From Octopus bimaculoides (Eukaryota), in NCBI RefSeq assembly GCF_001194135.2, contig NC_068984.1, forward strand, positions 133,427,498 through 133,491,497: a DNA stretch of 64,000 bases, given 5' to 3'. A model generated the notes under the pieces. That model saw only the letters and a program-made list of their open reading frames with translations. It was not told the DNA's origin and did not search any database. Shown here one piece after another: positions 23,911 to 37,742 of the stretch. The translations under genes and the position numbers were made by a program. The first letter of the stretch is position 1. Every line of letters starts with the position of its first letter.

Positions 23911-25074
23911 TACTACAAGGTATTTTGTCCAACATCCAAATGACTCTACCAATCAACTGCCCTGCATAATGATTTTCAACATTAGCAAGTCTATTTAGTA
24001 CAGTTAACCCAGTACTCATTTTATCAACCTCAGAAACTGGCAGACAGAGTTAATCCTGAGGTGACAATTGATTTAGATATCATGACAGATGGAAATTTCA
24101 CAAATAGAAAAATATCCATCACAAGGATAAGGACAAGTCATATCTTAATCTTTTACTGCTTTTCTTCCTTTCAAATTTCTTGTGGGTTTCCCTCTTCGGT
24201 CATAGCATTCAGTTAATTATACTATTTATTCTGGATTATTAAATTCTTTTCAACTCAAATCACAGGCCCAGAAGCTTTTCTTGAGCGAATGAAAGATTAA
24301 TGAAAAGCTCACATTGGTTTGGTCTAAATATTTTCTTTTAGAATTATTGAATATCACCAGATGGAGAAGACCCAATGAAAGAAAGGTGTTGATCAATATT
24401 TTAAATCTTCTCATTTAATATAGAAAGATCTCTAATATTAGATAAAGGTATTGAAAAAAACTTCAGCATATGTATTGTTAATTTTAGATAAATTATTTAA
24501 GGGAAGCAGCATTTATGACGACTGCATGCTTTTCCAGACTGATAATGCTGATGGAGCCAATGTCCAACTTGAATGCGAAAATGTGACCGAAATTCTCCAA
24601 ACAATGAACTGTGCTAAAGACACAATGTCCAGGTGAATGTTTTAAGATGTGTTATACTAATCTGCCTGAGACCACCCTTGATAGAAATTTCTGTTTGAAC
24701 ACTTTAGCATTCAAACTGTCCAGATCCAACCTCTCACACCTACCCTACAATGTCATTCTAAAAATAAATAATCACATAATTAAAATCTTGAAGCTACAAG
24801 ATAATGCATGATTAAAATTCAAAACATGAATAAATAATCATTACATTCAACAGAATAACTGAATATTAAAGGGTTAAAGTGACCCAAAATAAGAAACTTC
24901 CATCAAAATTCCAAGCTAATTTATGTTCCAAACACCAGCTTAATAATGAAGAAGTCTTTATTAGTCTTCAAAATTAACTGAAACAAAAGAAGAGTATTTC
25001 AATGGAAATGCAGTAACAGAAGTGTAAGTTTACCAATTCTCACAGGTCAGTATCAGCCATGTTTGACTTTCTCT

Positions 25075-25510
25075 TTTATTCTTTTACTTGTTTCAGTCAT
25101 TTAATTGCGGCCATGCTGGAGCACTGCCTTTAGTCGAACAAATCAACCCCAGGACTTATTCTTCGTAAGCCTAGTACTTATTCTATCAGTCTCTTTTGCC
25201 AAACTGCTAGGTTACAGGGATGTAAACACACCAGCATTAGTTGCCAAGCAATGGCGCAGGGGGAGGGGGTTACAAACACAGACTCACAAACATACATGAC
25301 AGGCTTCTTTCAGTTTCCGTTTACCAAATCCACTCGCAAGGCTTTGGTTGGCCTGAGGCTATAGTAGAAAACCCTTGCCCAAGGTGCCATGCAGTAGGAT
25401 TGAACCCGGAACTATGTGGTTGGTAAGCAAGCTACTTACCATATAGACATGCCTGCGCCTATCCACAAGGGTTTGGTTGACCCAAGGCTATAGTAGAAGA
25501 CACTTGCCCA
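25075..25510 (-). mobile_element. CORE-like SINE copy with partial duplicated segment
   Basis: Full reverse-complement match to 51205-51563, followed by a repeat of ccaaggctatagtagaagacacttgccc. Confidence 0.85.
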
Positions 25511-25926
25511 TTTATGACAAAGCACATCTTCAAGACCAATGAGTGAAAAGAAGGAAGAATCCACATATTTATTTTATCGATCTCTTTTGCTGAACCACTA
25601 AGTTACAGGGGATGTAAATACACCAACATCAGTTGTCAAGCAATGGTGGGGACACACACACATCTTATGCGGGAGTCAATAAAATAAGCACTAACTGTGC
25701 ACTAGGGTTTGATGCAATCGATTAAACCCCATTCTCTACCCATAGCAAGGATTAAAAAAAAAAATGTTTTTGAATACTCAAACAGAGAAAGAAAAAATGT
25801 TTCAATCTTACATAGATTGAATTCAGGGAATTTATAATAAAAATAACTGCAAAGTCAACCCAAAATTTGTTTTGGGGGAGAAAAAAAAACACACACACAC
25901 AAACACATTATCATTTAAGTATAAAT

Positions 25927-25932
25927 TTTATT
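25927..25932 (-). promoter_or_regulatory. Putative MRTO4 polyadenylation signal (AATAAA)
   Basis: AATAAA on the minus strand about 40 nt after the MRTO4 stop codon. Confidence 0.5.
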
Positions 25933-25972
25933 TACACAATACTATAGTCATTACAGAAAAATATTGCTTGTG

Positions 25973-26025
25973 CTAAGAGTCCTCAATTTCCTCTTCATCT
26001 TTCTGTGGATCAGCAGTTTGGTTCA
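25973..26025 (-). CDS. MRTO4: mRNA turnover protein 4 homolog, terminal coding exon
   Basis: ggtttcag|TG AAC CAA...GAC TCT TAG; the phase completes the previous exon; acidic tail LNQTADPQKDEEEIEDS*, as expected for Mrt4. Confidence 0.7.
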
Positions 26026-27304
26026 CTGAAACCATAAAATATGATTTAGAACATGAGTATGCTTGAGAAAGAAGGGAAAGAAAACTATTTAAAGAAAGAT
26101 TAAAAAGATCAGGAATAAATAAATTAGAATAACTAGGGAATAACATACTATCAGAATAAATTAGTAATGATATCTCGTTATGTAAGGAAGATTATCTATT
26201 CTACAGAAATCAACAAATACCAAGAACTTTCATATGGTCATTCAACAGGCTAGGGAAAGGAGAAAAACCTCTTTCAAGCCACATTACACATTAAAAAATA
26301 AAATTTAAAAAAGACACTGTACACCTTGTGGTAAACCATGGCAAGGTGTACAATGTGTTGCTTAAGTAAGCATAGCATGACCAATCTGCAACACTGCGTG
26401 GTGTCAAATGTTTTGAATAACCCACATAGCAAAACTCTTCTTAATCAATAACTGCAATCAATATTTGATATTAACTTGTTTCAGTCATAGTCTGTGGCCA
26501 TACTGGAACGCTTAGCTGAATAAATTGATCCATGTATAAACTTTTTAGGTCTGGTAATCAAATGATCGTGGGATACGTTGCAGCCTGCATCTGCAAAAAT
26601 ATTACACTGAAGTTTATGAGTTTGGGCAAATTGATACGTTAATATACCCAGAGAGAAGTGGGATTTGATATTCTGCAGCTGACTAACCCTTCACCCAAGA
26701 GAAAAATTCCTCAACTGAGAAGTTAAGTGGTATTTATAACACTGTAACAACATTATATTCTTTGTTCTTTGGTCAGTGTTATTTCCTATTCTGCTTCTCT
26801 CTAGAAATCAAAGGAAATGACTACTGCCCCCTTCCAAATTTTGCTTTTCTAACCTGGGCAACAATGTTTAGAAAGTGACTCATTTTCCATTACATTTCAG
26901 ACAGATTCAGTGCTGAGTTGTCCAAGCAGAAATATCACCGTAGCAAATATTCTGCTCAATATCACAGATTTGCTTGTCAGTAGCTTGATCATGCCTCTTA
27001 GTGGCTGACAATATGTGCATCTCCGACCATGGAAGAGCTTCATAGCCAGGTTTTGAGAGGGGTTCTTATATATTTGAATAAATGTAACAAAAACAAAGTT
27101 TGAAGGAAATATTAGCCATTTTTCTTAGTTTCTAAGGATAAGTAAATAGGAAATAACAGTTGCTACCCAAGGACAAAAATCATGTTACACTGTAATATAC
27201 AAGAACAATATGAGGGCAAGATGGGAGAGTAAATGTATGAAGTGGTCATAGATAAGAAACTGAAAGAAGCCCGTCGTGTGTGTGTGTGTATGTGTATATA
27301 TATA

Positions 27305-27475
27305 TCCATATATCTACTTATCTAGGTCTCTATATACCTATCTATCTATGTCTTTATGTACCTATCTATCTATGTCTCTATATATCTATCTATTTAGGTC
27401 TCTATATACCTATCTATCTAGGTCTCCATATATCTATCTATCTATCTAGGTCTTTATATATCTATCAAACTATCT
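27305..27475. repeat. ~24-bp minisatellite
   Basis: About 7 degenerate copies of ctatctatctaggtctctatatac. Confidence 0.85.
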
Positions 27476-27879
27476 CTCTCTCTCTTATATATATATATAT
27501 ATATATGCCAGCATGGTAAATGGATGTTAAATGATGACAACAATGATTTAAGCCTATAAAGAGAAACAAACAAGTGCGAAGATGAGTTCAGCTGAGTAGA
27601 GGAGAGTGGCAGTGTTGGTTTGAAGAACAGGTTGGCAGTCTAAGAAATATTTTTAAAGCTGTTAAGCTTTCACTATGGGGCTTAGTTGTTTTTTTCCTTT
27701 TAATACACTTCAATCACTTCATATGTTTACAACTGGCCCCTCCCCATTGTCCTTATATAGTCTTGGTAACAAAAGGTTAGTCTCAAAATGTTAGGCTCTG
27801 CTTCCCTTTATAGTAGACAAACCTATCCAAACTCATGAACAACGGCTGTAATAGAATACAGAGAAACTAATAATCATTA

Positions 27880-28330
27880 TCATCATCGATTAACGTCTGC
27901 CTACCATGCTAGCATGGGTTGGACGATTTGACTGAGGACTGGTGAACCAGATGGCTACACCAGGCTCCAATCTGATTTGGCAGAGTTTCTACAGCTGGAT
28001 GCCCTTCCTAACGACAACCACTCAGCAGAGTGTAGTGGGTGCTTTTACGTGCCACCGGCACGAAGGCCAGTCAGGTGGTACTGGCAACGGCCACGCTCAA
28101 AATGGTGTATTTTACGTACCACCTGCACAGGAGCCAGTCCAGCAGCACTGGCACGATCTCGCTCGAATGTCTTTACATGTGCCACCAGCACAAGTGCCAA
28201 GAAGGCGACGCTGGGCACAGGTGCCATCACGATTTCGCTTTTGCTTGTCCCAACAGGTCTTCACAAGCCAAGTTTCGTGTCCTGCATAGGAGCCAGTCCA
28301 GTGGCACTGGCAACGATCTCACACAAAACT
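27880..28330 (-). mobile_element. RTE-type 3' end with internal ~65-bp tandem units
   Basis: Reverse complement of the (GAT)n-tailed family end, plus 2-3 units of gtgcttttacgtgccaccggcac..gccagtc..ctggca. Confidence 0.85.
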
Positions 28331-28391
28331 TTAATTCCACATCTATAGTAGAGTAATAAAAAAAATATTAAAAAGGTGCAAGAATGCTTAC

Positions 28392-28488
28392 AAGACTTGG
28401 TCGTGGTAAAAACTTCCCAGGAACCATCATTTGACCACATTCCTTCCATTGTGATTCGGAATTCAGCCATCATATTACCAAATAATTT
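28392..28488 (-). CDS. MRTO4: mRNA turnover protein 4 homolog exon
   Basis: ctcacag|AAATTATTTGG...TCTT|gtaagc; KLFGNMMAEFRITMEGMWS compares with human KLFGYEMAEFKVTIKYMWD. Confidence 0.93.
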
Positions 28489-29199
28489 CTGTGAGAGGGG
28501 AAAAATGTTAGGGTCATGATGTTGAAAAACAAGGAGGAATATTGGTTTCAAATTTTGGCACATGATCAACAAGTTCATGGGACGGGGACAGGTTGATTAC
28601 ATTATCTCCAGTGCTTAACTGGTATATATTTGATGCACTCCGAAAAGGTGACAAGTGGATCTTGGCAGAATTTGAACTTAGAATATAAAGATGGACAAAA
28701 TACCATTAAACATTTTGCTTGACATGCCAATGACTCTACTAGCTTGTTACCATAATAGAAGGAAAGCTCCTTCCCGAGTCATATAGACTCATAAGGCCAG
28801 TTTTCTGGCTTCTAAGGTGTATATATTCCCTACCTGGATGGGACACTAGTCTGCGAGCTGAGCAGACTGGAGTAATGTGAATTGAAGCTAAAAAAACAAC
28901 ACGTCACCTGGTTTAGGAATTGAAACCACAATCTGACAATCCTGAGCCTAACACACAAACCACTAAACTATGTGCTAGGAAAATTAAAAGAATAACGTTT
29001 GCACAAGGCTACATTCTAGGTGGATGGTAGTCATTTGAACCAAGCTTAGTACTTGACTGGTTCAGTATTTTACTGGCCCTAAACGGACAAAAGGTAAAGT
29101 TGGTTTCAGTGGAAATTGTACTCAGAATGTAGAGTCAGAAGAAATACTGCAAAGCATATGGTCTTATTCTTTAACAATTCTGTGGTTCCAGATAATAAC

Positions 29200-29346
29200 A
29201 TCATCATCATTTAACGTCCGCTTTCCATGCTAGCATGGGTTGGACGATTTGATTGAGGACTGGCGAACCAGATGGCTACACCAGGCTCCAATCTGATTTG
29301 GCAGTTTCTACAGCTGGATGCACTTCCTAACGCCAACCACTCCGAG
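29200..29346 (-). mobile_element. RTE-type 3' end fragment
   Basis: Near-identical to 27880-28030. Confidence 0.85.
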
Positions 29347-29834
29347 GTAACAATTATGAAAATGTAAACAAAAATTGTTTACATTCAAGAAAGTATAAAC
29401 AACAAAACAATTATCAATTTTGATCTCCAGCCACTGTTATAAATGTGACAAACTCAAAGAATAATCACATAAAAAAAAGTGATATATTTTTTTAATATAC
29501 TTGGAAATTGACAAAATTAATTGGACACAAGGGACAATTCTTTCAATAGTCAATACTTACAAACGTTTATATTATACATGATGGGCTTCTTTCAGTTTAT
29601 ATCCAACAAACCCACCCACAAAGCTTATTCGCTACCATTTTCACACAACTTATCAACATGAAGTAATATCCATGATGCCCCCTAGTACCTGGCAGAAATT
29701 CAGGACAAGCATCAACTATAGCAGTCTCACTACTGTAGAATCCTACATGCCTCTTCCCCAACTAACTTAAAAAACAGGATAGTAATAGTATAGGCAGTTA
29801 AAAATTCAAAAAGGCTACAAGGCTAGTTACTTAC

Positions 29835-29911
29835 CAAGATTCTGCTTTGTTCTGGAGATAATTTCTCTCCTTGTTTACAGACTTGATAATCTTTAGTCAA
29901 GGTAATAACAC
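29835..29911 (-). CDS. MRTO4: mRNA turnover protein 4 homolog exon
   Basis: cttgtag|GTGTT...ATCTTG|gtaagt; GVITLTKDYQVCKQGEKLSPEQSRIL compares with human [26 protein letters not shown]. Confidence 0.95.
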
Positions 29912-30524
29912 CTACAAGAAAGAAAAAAATTTTTTAAATGTTGATTCCTTGTAGTGACATAAAGCTATGAATTTCCCAGGAGGGAGGGAACAGTCAATTA
30001 TACAAAGTGCAGTACTTTCTTTATAGCAAAATACTGTCAAACAGTCTACTAAATCATAACAGTGGAGTTGACTGAATTAATTCTTGTACATACCTGCTAC
30101 CTATTTTACTAACTGTGGCAAGATTTGAACACAGAATATAGAAAAGAATGAACTCATAATTTAACTCTTGATATCAACCTACCCCAAACCACTAAATTGT
30201 GCAAACCCATTTCTAATTATGAAATTAGAGATTTCAATAGGTAAACAGTTGAATATTACACCATAAAGGCAATATATTATTTTCAGAAATATGCTTGCAC
30301 CTGGCCAAATTAATAAAAATACTGGTGCTGTGCAAAAGTACCTGTACCAGTGGCATGTCAAAAGCATCAGGCACACTTAGAAACCATGCCACAACAGGAG
30401 TCTGGACAGCTCCCAGCTGGTCAGATCCATGTCAAATCATCCAACTCATGCAAGCAAGGAAAGTGGACATTAAACAATGATGATGATGATACTATGATAT
30501 AATTACTGTTTACACAAAGTTTGA

Positions 30525-30908
30525 GTGGAGACGCAATGGCCCAGTGGTTAGGGCAGCGGACTTGCGGTCGTAGGATCGCGGTCTCGATACCCAGACCGGG
30601 CGTTGTGAGTGTTTATTGAGCGAAAACACCTAAAGCTCCACGAGGCTCCGGGAGGGGGTGGTGGCGATCCCTGCTGTACTCTTTCACCACAACTTTCTCT
30701 CACTCTATCTTCCTGTTTCTGTTGGACCTGTATTTCAAAAGGGGCCAGCTTTGTCACACTCTGTGTCACGCTGTATCTTCCCCGAGAACTACATTAAGGG
30801 TACACGTGTCTGTGGAGTGCTCAGCCACTTGCACGTTAATTTCATGAGCAGGCTGTTCTGTTGATCGGATCAACTGGAACCCTCGTCGTCGTAACCGACA
30901 GAGTGCCA
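30525..30908 (+). mobile_element. Well-preserved tRNA-derived SINE
   Basis: A-box and B-box-like head (tggcccagtggttagggc..ggtctcgatacc), CpGs retained, 3' end shared with three other copies in the window. Confidence 0.85.
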
Positions 30909-31375
30909 TCACAAAGTTTGTAACGGAATTGATTTTAACCAAAGAAAATTATTTCTCATATAAACCATGCAAACAATTAGCACCTCACAATTTTTACTAT
31001 CATTAGTCTTTCACAAAACAAACATTATCTTGCAATACAATAGTGGTGACAGATTTTCAAAATCAAAGCAAACTTCCCACCCAAGAAGATTAACCCTTTA
31101 GCATTCAGATGTCCCTGTCAAATGTCATGCTTTTTTACTCATATTGTTTAGAATTAATCATGCACTATTTTGTAGCTTGGAGATTTCAATGGTGTGATTG
31201 TTTATTTTCAGAATGACATTGTAGGGTATGTTTGAGAGGCAAGATCTGACCAGCTTAAACACGAAAGTGTTAAGATACCTCAACAACTTCACAGTAGATC
31301 ATCAGTAAACAATCCTAGTTAAATATGAAAAGGTGATAAACTGAAATGAAATGGAATTAATATAGAAAAACTAAC

Positions 31376-31527
31376 CTCTATTAAGACTAGTCGGAAGTCC
31401 AAGTTGTCTCAACTGTGGTTCCATGGAATGAGAAAAATTTGTCAAAGGCCCTGCATCTATGTCAACATCTTGTGTGGCAATGTTTCCAGATCGAGCAAAA
31501 TCAGGAGCATAAAATTCATTAAAGTAT
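31376..31527 (-). CDS. MRTO4: mRNA turnover protein 4 homolog exon
   Basis: ttttgtag|ATACTTT...AGAG|gttagt; YFNEFYAPDFARSGNIATQDVDIDAGPLTNFSHSMEPQLRQLGLPTSLNR contains the Mrt4 hallmark HSMEPQLRQLGLPT. Confidence 0.97.
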
Positions 31528-34500
31528 CTACAAAATAAAGAAATGACAGACAAATGTTATACATACAAGAAGGAATCAAACCCGAAACTGTAACAACATC
31601 AATAACACTGTTTTCTTTTTCGTTCATAGGAACAAAACCACAAATTCTGAGGAGTGAATAGCCATACTTGATTGGCACTCATTTTCTCAACCTTCAACAA
31701 ATGAAAAGCAGTTAGACTCAGAGGGATCCAAACTCATAAAAGAAAGAAATACAAAACTAAATACGGTGAAACAATTTGCATGATACTCCACTGATTCTAC
31801 CAATCTATTACCCTATCATCATAGTAGTAAATATCTATTGTGATAATATATTATTTATCATAAAGTTATAGACTGAATATTATTGCAAGGGTATAGTGAA
31901 ATGGCTGTATCATTTTTCATGTGTCACAATTAGTTTTACGATGATAAAGACATAAAAGGCTATGCCAGCAAACTCAACCTCCCTTTGTCTGCTTTTCACC
32001 CCATCTCAGTTTATAAAACTTTGTTCTCATTTTAAAAGTGAAGCAAAACTTGTCCTTGTCTACCTCATTCCATACAACACACAGAATTGAAAGAAAGAAA
32101 AATAATAACCACAAAACTTAGTTTTTTAAGTAGCAGTAAGCTTGACTTTAAGATATGGTATCATGGCAAATTACCCTGGTCAAAATTATTCTTATTGCTA
32201 AAACAATATCATGAAGATTTCCACTTACAAAAACCTCAACCCAAGCATATTTCAAATATTTATTTATAGTAAATATGTAAACTGTTAATCAACCAACTTC
32301 TCCAATATGAAAAACATTGAAAACAACCTATTTAATTTGTAGCTGTTTGCTTCAAGCTTTAACAGAAATCATACAACCTAGCCTAACCACCCAAGGGAGC
32401 TAACTCAAAACATGTCTATCTTACAGCATTAAGGAAACAGAGTTTAACTCGTCAACTTTTCAAGACCATTTCTCAGGGTGATTAGTAGGTCTGGCTACTG
32501 TGCAGTCACTCCAACAATTGCCTCACATTTTTTTGTCATATCCTGAGACTTAACTTCACCACTTGCACATCGAAAGCTAACCATTACAACATTTTTCTCA
32601 CCAGCTTTATAATCGATCATACACATCACATGTCCCATATCAGCAATCATTTCTCTTGCACAGTTTTGACTAGTATACTTAATACTCAATCTCTCAGCTT
32701 ACTTGTTCTCCCGTTTTTGTGAGGATTAACACTGCATAATCAACTAGCATATACAGCCAGCTTTTCACATAATGAAGGTCTGTGGCGACCATGATTGTAA
32801 ACCCATAACTAAAAGTTTCATGCAACCATCCTCATCCTAATCTGTTGAACTAATCAAACTTACCACTAGATGGTATTTACATAAATCAACCTAAGAATGG
32901 CGAACAAGAAAATAAATTATTAATAACAATGAGTTTTGATTTAGACACGAGGCCAGCAATTTTTGAAATGTGGGGGTTTTGATACTAGTATTTTATTTTA
33001 ATGATCCTGAAAAGATGAAAGGCAAAGTTTAGCTTGGTGGGATTTGAACCTAGAACTGCTAATGATTACAAAGTTATTTCAAGAGGAATTTTTCCCCCCA
33101 CATCTAAGGCTACACTACAATTGAATGAATGTTCAATTATATCACATTCCCAAGATACTGGAAACCAACTGACTGTCAAAAATGATAAACAAAAATCTTG
33201 TAAACCAACTCCAAATATTATCATACTAAGTAATGATTATTAATTATATAAGAGGCTCTAAAACTGCCAAAGCCTTAAAACCAGAGTCAACTTGCTAAAT
33301 TTACAGATGATAGTGACCTCTAAAGAAGAATTTTAGCTATATATATCCATGTTAAAAAAAAAAGTTATGGTTAGGAACTTGAAATAAAATGGATTTTCTT
33401 GACATTTTTTGGAGGTTGCTTCTTATGAAAAATCAAAAATTACTAGTCAAATCCAGTCATTGTAAGTGTAAATTTAGACCACACTCATAATGGCTTCGAT
33501 AAACAGCTATCCAAGCAAAGTCAAGATGGTGGAAATAAATATTGGATTAGAGGCTTTACACTAAATTTCCAAGTTCAAATAATATCATTTGAAAGGTACC
33601 AATAATACACAAGATAAACTAAATCTAACTTTAAAAGAACTTTGTGCCAAGGCAGATAAAATTCACCAAAATGAAAATTTCCAAATGATATTATCGAGAA
33701 CATTCAGCAGCTGTAATGTGTAAAAGGAAGCAAGTCAGCCCAACTGACTTTCCTTCACGTCACACACCAACTGATAATGGAGGGTTGTCCCCCTTGAGCA
33801 ATAAGAACTTATTCTGAACTCTGATTGTATATCACATTTAAGTAAAATGTTTTAATTGGAAAAAGACACCTAATAATTAATCCAAACTAGGTAAGAATTG
33901 AAATAATAAAATAGTGTAACTTATTAGAAATGAAGACATGAAGTGGGGTAAAAAAAAACGGGAGACCAACATTGAAAAAAAAAAAAAAAATCTTGGAGCC
34001 TTATGAAAGAAAAGTGAAGTGGTTTTTCTGAGAAAATAGTCTGTAAGTGGTTCTGAAGGAAAAGGAGAGACAGGGTTGAGGGAGGTTAGAAATAAATGGT
34101 AGCTGATATTCTTGCTTTCTTTTTGACAAGAAATTTCTATAACCTATAATTTACAGTATTCTTTAAAGGTCTCCCATAGTTTAAATGCAAAGGTCAAGAA
34201 TTATGCCATTAAGAAAAAAAAATTAAAATTAAATAAAATATCAATAAAAATAGTTGAGAATGGAACGGTAAACAATTCTGTTGTATCATCATTTGATGTT
34301 ATTTAACAAGCATAAATGAAAGAAGATGGGGCAGATTATGTTCTAGCTGGCACTTGAATCTGCTGTTATCAAATCCAAGAATTAAAACCGACTTCCACCA
34401 CCTCTTTGTACTGAAGCTAGTTCTATAACTGGCTTTCCTAAAGTTCTCAACCAGGGTCCATACAAAATTTTGAAGTTAAAATTTATCTGCAATAAATTGG

Positions 34501-34904
34501 TTATAATTCTACAATACACAAAATACTTCAGCAATTTTTTACTCATACCATTCCTAATAATATTCAATTGTAAAAATATAATGGATTTTTTTAAACATTA
34601 AATAGCTAGGAGGGTCCACCTGAGTAAAAATAGGGATCATAGGGGTCCATAGGTAAAAAAAGGTTTGAGAAACACTGACTAGGTTGCAGTTGTGCAATGA
34701 AAGATTAGACATCAAATTTCAAGTTTTGTGAATCATTAAATGACTAAAATGGTTCTTTTATGATGTAACTGTTTGTGTTGTAATTTACATAAAAATGCAG
34801 TAAACAGAAATAGTAATCAAATCACTAGGAGACTCTGCAATTACTGCTTCTGAAGCACTATGCATCATTAATTCTTTTATTTTCTCATTTATACTCATTT
34901 ATAT

Positions 34905-35310
34905 GATACCAGGTCCACCTAACTGGCTCCCATGCTGGTGGCATGTAAAAAGCACCATCCGAATGTGGCTGATGCCAGTACCCCTTTACTGGCTCTCGTG
35001 CTTGTGGCACGTAAAAAGTACCAACTGAACGTGGCCGATGCCAGTACCTCCTGACTGGCCCCCATGCTGGTGGCATATAGAAAACACTATCTGAACGTGA
35101 TTGATTCCAGACCCACCTGACTGGCTCCTGTGCCAGTGGCACGTAAAAAGTACCCACTACACTCTCGCAGTGGTTAGCATTAGGAAGGGCATCCAGCTGT
35201 AGAAACATTGTCAGATCAGATTGGAGCCTGGTGCAGCCAATGGCTCTCCAGACTTCAGTCACACCGTCCAACCAATGCCAGCATTGAAAATGGACGTTAA
35301 ACGATGATGA
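34905..35310 (+). mobile_element. RTE-type 3' end carrying about 3.8 tandem 66-bp units
   Basis: Units like gatgccagtacctcctgactggcccccatgctggtggcacgtaaaaagcaccatccgaacgtggcc, then the family tail and gatgatga. Confidence 0.88.
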
Positions 35311-37275
35311 AAATACTGAAACACTGCCTTTGTTTCAATTAATTTTTAAAATAATAATGAATTCAATAAAATAACTTGTTATTAATCTCATGTTTGAAAC
35401 TAAAATTAAATTTTGATGGAAGGTTAATTTTAGAACCACTTAAAACTAGAGGCTTGTACCACTGAACCAGGGGTGGTCTCAGGTGGGTTGGTATCAAGAG
35501 GGTTAAGCACCATTCACTTCCTGATCATCATAGAGATGAGGGAATGAAAATGTATTCGTTATGAGACAAATCTTAAATCTTAGATGTAAACTTTTATTTA
35601 CCTGAAGAAAATGTGTTTTTTTTCCATGATGTAACTGATTTGTGCATCAATAAAAGAAAAAAAAACATGCCTGAAACACTTGTAGTGAACCTCAACCCAT
35701 TTGTGTTCTTACTTTATATAGTCAAATATGATGTTATGATCCCTTGTATTCCCTGGCTGCTGTGCAAACCCTTTTTTCTTGCTATTCCTTTTCTGAGAAA
35801 ACATCTACCTGTTAAAGTAGAACTCTGCACAGATTGATTTTTAGCAAGGCCAACTGAGGTAGTGTGTACTGTCTTCTCTAATCTGTCCTAGATTTTTAAA
35901 CCTGTAATTAATTATGTCATATAATGTCAAAAGTATTTGATCAGAACTGAAGAGTATGCTCAGAGAAAAACATCAGCAAACCAGGTGACTCAGCGTGTGA
36001 AACACAAGCATGTGACTTACTAATGCTAACAATAGCAGGTTACAGTCAACAATTCTGAAGCTTTTAATAAAAGACATCTGCTCAGACACTGTCCAACTTC
36101 TAATGACTTATGTAGTACACATCATTGTACTGCACTGACAATCCAATGCTTAAAAAAATATTGACTACTCTCGGAGCAGAGAGTCATTTCATCTAGTCTA
36201 TAAACCTTTTAGCTTTGATTTGATTCTTACAAAAGATCCTACAATGTATCAATGAATTATAGACAAAGTTGTTTGTGCAAACTAAGTTGGAGTGCACATA
36301 CACCTGTTTAGATGACATCACCATTATATAGTACAATTAAAAAAAATAACAAAAAACTTATCTCTAAATTCTTACGAGTTACCAGTATATCCAATATGAC
36401 ATTGAATAATAAATGTAAATTTTCAACAAAATCTAGGTTATCAAATTAACCGTATCAAACCAGGTTTTGACCCTTCAAGTTTAACTTCACGAAGAAATGC
36501 CTACTCACAAATCTTGTATTTTAGATCTGTTTGTTAATTCTTAATGAGTTCCCATCTTCTCTGAAAGAAAAAGGCCTCTAATTAATTCTCATAAGGTCAT
36601 TATGACAACTTAGGCAATTAGAATTAGAACAGGCTGTTACAAAATCCTACATTATGTTGGATTCCTTAATGCTACTACAAGTGCACTAAGGAAGGATTTT
36701 TGTTGTGCTGATCCACTGAGTGACTTTTTTGTCACCCTGGTGTTACAAGACTGACATATTTTGTTCAGGTACAAAAATCTTCCATACTCAGTGGGAAGCA
36801 TTAACCTGATTGGGTCTTGATGCCACATTTGTCCCAAGTTAAAACTGCAACCAAGTCTTTTAAAACATCAGCTCACCATCAATATTAAGGACCAGTTAAG
36901 GAGGTGAGCTGGCAGAACCACTACCATGCCATTAAAATGAGTAGCAGCATTTCTTCCGACTTTACTTTCTGAATTCAGAGCCAATAAAATAATCAGGGGA
37001 GCACTGGGGTTGATGTAATTGATTTACCTCCACCCCAGAACCTGCTGAAACCAATATTAAAGTCCAGCTAGCTGTCAAGTTTGTTGATTGCTGTGGGGGA
37101 TATGATTATTTTATTTTCTTCTTTCCTTTGTTGCAATATTTCTTGCCAGTTGTCCATATCACAATCACCATTTATCCATGGGGGGGGGGGAGAAATCAAG
37201 ATTTGAAAATCAATGGCATCCCCACTTCTATTTCTCAGATACATTAAACTGTACCAGGGAATGACTAAGAAATTA

Positions 37276-37465
37276 TTAACCCTCCAGCATTCAAATTATT
37301 GTCCTCAGTAATGCTCACTTATTCACATTTCTTTGAATTAAGCATACTCTATTTTGTAGTTTTGAGATTTTGATGATGTGTGAGGGGCTGGATCTGGCCA
37401 GTTTGAGCCTAAAACAGGTGGAATATTTGGGCCTGATATGGTTGGTTTAAATGCTAAAGGATTAA
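37276..37465. mobile_element. piggyBac-type MITE
   Basis: TTAA-CCCTCCAGCATT ... AATGCTAAAGGA-TTAA; related fragments at ~24700-24876, 31090-31270 and 54600-54838. Confidence 0.8.
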
Positions 37466-37672
37466 GGAATAATTCTTGCCTAACCACAGCCAACTGATGT
37501 ACCTAATTGGTTTAGAACAGGAATGGTATTTTCATCATCCTCATGTTTCAGTAAGTCGACCTAAACAGAATAGAATTGCCTCTGTCCAGCAGGTCCTATC
37601 CTTAATTTTTTTTATTTCCCAAAAATCCCAATTCCCTTAAATTATTCAAACCCATTTGTGTGAGAATGTGTG

Positions 37673-37710
<38 letters not shown>

Positions 37711-37711
37711 A

Positions 37712-37742
<31 letters not shown>

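Noticed and set aside
24495-24633. Exon-like plus-strand island with CAG|gtgaat donor
   Set aside because: Weak acceptor, no homology recognised and no compatible neighbouring exons.
30525-30600. tRNA gene
   Set aside because: The tRNA-like head runs into a SINE body shared with other copies, and there is no complete cloverleaf.
34905-35155. CRISPR-like array
   Set aside because: Whole units are homologous with no unique spacers, there are no cas genes, and the array is part of a eukaryotic retroelement 3' end.
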